Assembly (NCBI RefSeq): GCF_042660085.1
Contig: NZ_JBHSTI010000008.1
Span: forward strand, 2,115,604 to 2,147,603
DNA: 32,000 nucleotides
Source: Longivirga aurantiaca
GTDB taxonomy: Bacteria; Actinomycetota; Actinomycetes; S36-B12; CAIYMF01
Direction of reading: 5' to 3'
Shown here in pieces: positions 27,593 through 32,000 of the stretch. Both the position numbers and the translations under genes were made by a program. Every line of letters starts with the position of its first letter. Position 1 is the stretch's first letter. Under the pieces are notes generated by a model. It saw only the letters and a list, made by a program, of their open reading frames with translations, had not been told where the DNA came from and made no database searches.

Positions 27593-28447
27593 TCAAGCCT
27601 CGGTCGAGCGCTCGGCGAAGAGCTCCTCGTTGGGGACCGCACCGCCGTAGCGGCGGTCGCGTCCGGCGTACTGCTCGCAGGCCCACCAGAGGTGTCGGCG
27701 GTCGAAGTCGGGCCACAGCGTCGGCACGAACACCATCTCGGCGTACGCCGACTGCCACAGCAGGAAGTTGCTCGTGCGCTGCTCCCCCGACGACCGCACG
27801 AAGAGGTCGACGTCGGGCATGTCCGGCTCGTCGAGGTAGCGACCGATCATGCGCTCGTCGACCTTGCCGGGGTCGATGCGGCCGGCGGCCACCTCGCGCG
27901 CGATCGCTTGTGCCGCATCGGCGATCTCGGCCCGGCCGCCGTAGTTGACGCACATGGTGAGGGTGAGGGTCGAGTTGCCGGCGGTCATCCGCTCGGCCTC
28001 CTCGAGCTCGTCCACGACCGACTTCCAGAGGCGCGGCCGCCGCCCGGCCCAGCGCACACGGACGCCGAGGTCGTGCATCTCGTCGCGCCGACGCCGGATC
28101 ACGTCGCGGTTGAAGCCCATGAGGAAGCGCACCTCGTCCGGCGACCGCTTCCAGTTCTCGGTGGAGAAGGCGTACGCCGAGATCCATCCGACGCCCAGCT
28201 CGACCGCGCCGTGGACGACGTCGAGCAGGCTCGCCTCCCCCGCCTCGTGCCCGGCGGTGCGCGGCAGCCCGCGGTCCTTGGCCCAGCGCCCGTTGCCGTC
28301 CATCACGATCGCGACGTGCTTCGGCACGAGGTCGGCCGGGATGTCCGGTGCGGTCGCGCCGCTCGGGTGCGGGCGCGGCGCCGACACGGGGGTGCTGCGC
28401 GGGGTCACGCGCTCGCTGTCGCGTCCACGGGTACGTCGTACGGCCAC
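27593..28447 (-). CDS. uppS: Isoprenyl transferase (UppS / cis-prenyltransferase family)
   Basis: [27 protein letters not shown]; [21 protein letters not shown]; [15 protein letters not shown]; [27 protein letters not shown]; FAERS. Confidence 0.95.
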   Translation of the reverse strand: MAVRRTRGRDSERVTPRSTPVSAPRPHPSGATAPDIPADLVPKHVAIVMDGNGRWAKDRGLPRTAGHEAGEASLLDVVHGAVELGVGWISAYAFSTENWKRSPDEVRFLMGFNRDVIRRRRDEMHDLGVRVRWAGRRPRLWKSVVDELEEAERMTAGNSTLTLTMCVNYGGRAEIADAAQAIAREVAAGRIDPGKVDERMIGRYLDEPDMPDVDLFVRSSGEQRTSNFLLWQSAYAEMVFVPTLWPDFDRRHLWWACEQYAGRDRRYGGAVPNEELFAERSTEA

Positions 28448-28495
28448 GGGGCCATCGTGGCACCCGCGGCGGTCGAAGCAGGTGCGCGACCCGGA

Positions 28496-29362
28496 TCAGG
28501 CCGACGCGGCGACGCGCTCGCGGGTGTGGACGAGCAGCTCGTCCACTACGAGCTGCGGCGCGTGGGTGTGCGGGTGGTGGCTGGCCCCCTCGACGACGAC
28601 GAAGCGGCTGCCGGGCAGCAGGGCGTGCGCGTCGAGCCCGTGCTGCATCGGCAGCATCGGGTCGCGGTCGCCCCAGATGATGAGCACGCGGTGCGGATCG
28701 AGGCCCGACATCTTCGCGAGCGCCGAGACCCGCTGGCCGTCGGGGCCGACGACGCTGCGGACGGTCGAGAGGAACGCGGCGAGCCGTCGCGCGTCGCGCA
28801 TGTCCTCGAGCTTGGCGAGGGCCTTGGGGCTCAGGGCCTCGGGCTCGATGCCGCGAGCGCCCAGCTTCCTCGCCGCCCAGCGCGCCGTGCGCACCGAGCG
28901 CTCGCTGCTCGCGAGGCGCAGGACGAGCTCGGAGCCGGGCAGGCTGGCCGCACGCAGGCTCATGCCCACGTCGGTGCCGAGGCCGCCGCTGGAGATGAGG
29001 GTGAGCGTCTCGATGCGCGCCGGGAACTGGTAGGCGAGCTGCAGGCTCACTCCCCCGCCGAGCGAGTGCCCCACGAGGTGGACGCGCTCGTGGCCGAGGT
29101 GGTCGAGCAGGTCGCGGATGGCGCTGGCGTTCGCGCCGAGGCTGAAGTCGCCGTTGCCGACGTCGGAGCTGCCGTGGCCGAGCAGATCGACGGCGACCAC
29201 CGCGCGACCGGCGGCGGCGAGGCGCTGGGGGATGTCGCCCCAGGTGTCGATCGAGGAGCCGACCCCGTGCACGAGCAGGATCGGCAGGCCGCGGCCCGGG
29301 ATCTCGACGTACGCGATCTCGTGGCCGGGCAGTGCCGCGGTGCGGCGTCGGAGCGGGTTCAT
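28496..29362 (-). CDS. Alpha/beta hydrolase
   Basis: GRGLPILLVHGVGSSIDTWGDIPQRL; RVHLVGHSLGGGVSLQLAYQFP; VLIIWGDRDPMLPMQHG; VEGASHHPHTHAPQLVVDELL. Confidence 0.92.
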   Translation of the reverse strand: MNPLRRRTAALPGHEIAYVEIPGRGLPILLVHGVGSSIDTWGDIPQRLAAAGRAVVAVDLLGHGSSDVGNGDFSLGANASAIRDLLDHLGHERVHLVGHSLGGGVSLQLAYQFPARIETLTLISSGGLGTDVGMSLRAASLPGSELVLRLASSERSVRTARWAARKLGARGIEPEALSPKALAKLEDMRDARRLAAFLSTVRSVVGPDGQRVSALAKMSGLDPHRVLIIWGDRDPMLPMQHGLDAHALLPGSRFVVVEGASHHPHTHAPQLVVDELLVHTRERVAASA

Positions 29363-29374
29363 GGGACCTCCGTC

Positions 29375-29424
29375 GTAACCTACGCTGCCGTAAGTATACC
29401 GATGAGTAACCTACGGTCAAGTAA
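29375..29424 (-). promoter_or_regulatory. Predicted promoter of the hydrolase gene with two 19-bp operator-like direct repeats
   Basis: Minus strand: -35 TTGACC (29420-29415), 16-nt spacer, -10 TATACT (29398-29393). TTACTTGACCGTAGGTTAC and TTACGGCAGCGTAGGTTAC share TTAC-N5-CGTAGGTTAC. RBS GGAGG precedes ATG at 29362. Confidence 0.6.
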
Positions 29425-29475
29425 CCACGAATCGTGCTCGAACAGTCCAGCCGACGGAGTCGGCGACCCCGCGGA

Positions 29476-30207
29476 TCAGGTGCGGTCGAGGAGGGGGAGG
29501 CTGCGCAGGCCTCGTTCGAGCTGCCAGGAGAGGTAGGCGGCCACGAGGGAGGACGCCTCGGTGCGGGCGCGGGGCGAGCTGGAGTCCGCCACCGACCAGT
29601 CCCCGGACAGCAGGGCGCCGAGCAGCGCGAACGTCTCCTCGGCCGGCGAGGCCGACCCGGGCTGGCGGTCGTCGCTGCAGAGCGCTCCCCCGGCCGCGAC
29701 GTGGAACGACCGGTGCGGGCCCGGGATGCCGCACTTCGCGCAGGCGTCGAAGCTGGGGGCCCACCCGGCCACGGCGAGCGAGCGCACGAGGTAGGCGTCG
29801 AGGATGAGGCCGGCGTCGTGGTCGCCCGAGACGAGCGCGCGCAGCCCGCCGACCAGCAGGAGGTACTGCTGCACCGCCGGCTCGCGCTCCTCGGCGGTCA
29901 TCCGCTCGGCCGTCTCGAGCATCACCTGGCCGGTGGTGTAGCGGGAGTAGTCCTGGACGAGCTGGGCGCCGTACGAGCCGATGGTCTCCACCTGGGTGAC
30001 GCCGTCGAGGCTGCGGCCCTCGTAGAACTGGACGTCGACGTGGCTGAACGGCTCGAGCCGGGCACCGATGCGCGAGGTGGTCTTGCGGACTCCCTTGGCG
30101 ACCGCGCGGATGCGGCCGTGGTCGCGCGTGAGCAGCGTGACGATGCGGTCGGCCTCCCCCAGCTTCTGGGCGCGCAGGACGACGCCTTCGTCGCGGTAGA
30201 GGCTCAC
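29476..30207 (-). CDS. recO: DNA repair protein RecO
   Basis: [72 protein letters not shown]; CAKCG motif region. Confidence 0.96.
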   Translation of the reverse strand: MSLYRDEGVVLRAQKLGEADRIVTLLTRDHGRIRAVAKGVRKTTSRIGARLEPFSHVDVQFYEGRSLDGVTQVETIGSYGAQLVQDYSRYTTGQVMLETAERMTAEEREPAVQQYLLLVGGLRALVSGDHDAGLILDAYLVRSLAVAGWAPSFDACAKCGIPGPHRSFHVAAGGALCSDDRQPGSASPAEETFALLGALLSGDWSVADSSSPRARTEASSLVAAYLSWQLERGLRSLPLLDRT

Positions 30208-30321
30208 TGCGGCATTCTCTCCCGCGCCACCCGCTGCCACCTCGTGTGACACGGGTGCGGCGGACCCCGGAGCAGCCGGTGCCGGGGTAGCGTCGTCCGA
30301 CAGGACGAGCGAGGAGGCACG

Positions 30322-31569
30322 GTGGCCGACGACGACCTCACCGCCAGGATCGCCCGGCGCGGCGACCCCGAGGCGGTCCCGGTGCGCTTCGACAACAAGG
30401 CGCTGCGCCGCTCGGTCCTATCGGTGCTGCTCGTGTTCCTCGCCTTCACGGTCGCGGTGTGGCTCTTCGGCCAGCTGAGCCACTTCCTGCTGGTGCTGCT
30501 GCTCGCCTGGCTGCTCTCGATCGCGATGGAGCCCGGCGTCGCCTGGCTGTCGAACCACGGCTGGCGCCGAGGTGCCGCCACGGGACTCGTCCTGCTCACC
30601 ATCGTGCTCGTCACGCTGGGGTTCCTCGGACTGTTCGGCGGGCTGTTCTTCACCCAGCTCGCCGACCTCGTGCAGCAGCTGCCGGCGGTCGTCACCGACA
30701 TCATCGAGTGGCTCAACACCACGTTCGACCTGAAGCTCGACCCGAACAACGTGCTCGAGCTGCTGCAGATCTCGCCGTCCCAGATCACCTTGCTGGCCAC
30801 CAACCTCGCCGGAGGCGTGCTCGGGGTCTTCGGCCTGCTGTTCGGCACGCTGTTCGACGCGCTCACCATGCTGGTGTTCGCCTTCTACTTCTCCGCCGAC
30901 GGCCCGCGCCTGCGCCGCGCGGTCGGATCGTGGTTGCCGCTGGAGTCGCAGAGGGTGTTCGTCGCCGTCTGGGACATCGCCGTCACCAAGACCGGCGGCT
31001 TCGTGGTCTCCAAGGTCATCCTGGCCACGCTGTCGTCGCTCGCGCACTCGATCGCGTTCTTCGTGATCGGGGTGCCGTACTGGCTCCCGATGGGTGTGTT
31101 CGCCGGCGTCGTGAGCCAGTTCATCCCGACCATCGGCACCTACATCGGCATCATCGTGCCGGCCGCTTTCGCGGCGTTCGAGCAGCCGCTCGACGTCGTC
31201 TGGATCGTCGCCTTCGCGACGCTCTACCAGCAGCTCGAGAACTACGTCTTCACCCCGCGCGTGAGCCGCGTGACGATGGACATCCATCCCGCTCTGGCAC
31301 TGGGGTCGGTGTTCCTCGGAGTGGCGCTGTTCGGTCCCATCGGCGCGATCATCGGCATCCCGCTGGCAGCGGCGGCCCTCGCGGTGATGGACACGTACGG
31401 CAAGCGGCGCGAGCTCATCCCCGAGCTGCAGGTGCGCACGAAGGGCGAGAAGCCTGCCAGGCACGGCGACGCCTTCGCCGGCGACCCCGACGTCGTCACC
31501 CCTGCCGGGCTCCCGCTCTCGGACGCGCCTGCGGAGGCCGCAGCACCCGATCGGGTCAACGAGACCTGA
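30322..31569 (+). CDS. AI-2E family transporter / predicted permease
   Basis: Multiple hydrophobic segments; [28 protein letters not shown]; [30 protein letters not shown]; [15 protein letters not shown]. Confidence 0.9.
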   Translation: MADDDLTARIARRGDPEAVPVRFDNKALRRSVLSVLLVFLAFTVAVWLFGQLSHFLLVLLLAWLLSIAMEPGVAWLSNHGWRRGAATGLVLLTIVLVTLGFLGLFGGLFFTQLADLVQQLPAVVTDIIEWLNTTFDLKLDPNNVLELLQISPSQITLLATNLAGGVLGVFGLLFGTLFDALTMLVFAFYFSADGPRLRRAVGSWLPLESQRVFVAVWDIAVTKTGGFVVSKVILATLSSLAHSIAFFVIGVPYWLPMGVFAGVVSQFIPTIGTYIGIIVPAAFAAFEQPLDVVWIVAFATLYQQLENYVFTPRVSRVTMDIHPALALGSVFLGVALFGPIGAIIGIPLAAAALAVMDTYGKRRELIPELQVRTKGEKPARHGDAFAGDPDVVTPAGLPLSDAPAEAAAPDRVNET

Positions 31570-31708
31570 CCCGCGCGCCAGACCTGCTCACGGTCCGCTC
31601 AAGGCCCCGTGCGCACGTCTGACCGGTCACCGGACCTCGGTCACCCTGGGAGCGACGCGCACGAGCGCGCCCCGGCGCACCCGCCGGTCCCCAGACCCGG
31701 AGCCACCC

Positions 31709-32000
31709 GTGACCAGCACCGCGAGCGCATGGACCCGTGACGACGCCGCGTCGGACGCCGACGCGCGCCAGGAGATCCGCGACCTCGTGACCCGGCTCGC
31801 GGCCACGATCGGGTCCTGTCCCGACGACGACCGCCTCCTGCGCTCGGTCCTGCTCGACCTGCCGACCCGCCTCCAGGCGTCGGCCGCACTCCTGGCACGC
31901 GTCCGGAAGGACGGTGCGCTCGCCGTGGTCAGCCGCTTCGGCCGGGTCCACCTCGGCGAGGACGTGCTCGTGATCGGCGCCGACGAGGACTGCCCTGCCA
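31709..32000 (+). CDS. 5' part of an unidentified ORF running off the window; possibly a GAF-type regulator N-terminus
   Basis: Open frame VTSTASAWTRDDAASDADARQEIRDLVTRLAATIGSCPDDDRLLRSVLLDLPTRLQASAALLARVRKDGALAVVSRFGRVHLGEDVLVIGADEDCPA with no stop to the edge. Confidence 0.45.
   Translation, partial: MTSTASAWTRDDAASDADARQEIRDLVTRLAATIGSCPDDDRLLRSVLLDLPTRLQASAALLARVRKDGALAVVSRFGRVHLGEDVLVIGADEDCPA

Noticed and set aside
27692-29536. 614-aa plus-strand ORF over uppS and the hydrolase
   Set aside because: Spans two well-supported minus-strand genes and their promoter; shadow ORF.
30264-30288. ACCCCGG-N11-CCGGGGT inverted repeat between recO and the AI-2E transporter
   Set aside because: Only 7-bp G/C arms in a very GC-rich intergenic region; not clearly above background.

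Overview
This window is an ordinary-looking, very GC-rich actinobacterial chromosome segment. No rRNA, CRISPR array, prophage or transposase is visible. From left to right it holds: an internally deleted GGDEF-EAL gene; tRNA-Asn(GTT); a small conserved-type gene and dnaG; a class V aminotransferase followed by a PGM1/preATP-grasp-type ligase; dgt; a YdcF-like gene; pyruvate phosphate dikinase (ppdK); a hydratase / acylating aldehyde dehydrogenase / 4-hydroxy-2-oxovalerate aldolase module divergent from an IclR regulator; a GlcG/HbpS-like protein; a regulator with two TetR HTH domains; a DsbA/FrnE-like protein plus an overlapping 47-codon ORF; dusB; an alpha/beta hydrolase; a VOC protein; two GNATs; glyS; an ABM-type protein; a small membrane protein; a znuA-znuC-znuB-zur operon; an isoprenyl synthase (uppS); a second alpha/beta hydrolase; recO; an AI-2E-family transporter; and a partial ORF at the right edge. 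The most notable non-coding structures are a 42-bp perfect (56-bp near-perfect) palindrome filling the gap between two convergent stop codons, a 61-bp structured tandem repeat between zur and uppS, two overlapping Zur-box-like sites before znuA, and duplicated 19-bp operator-like elements in a hydrolase promoter. I found no convincing large undescribed system. The aminotransferase/ATP-grasp pair is the best protein-level candidate for unexplored chemistry.
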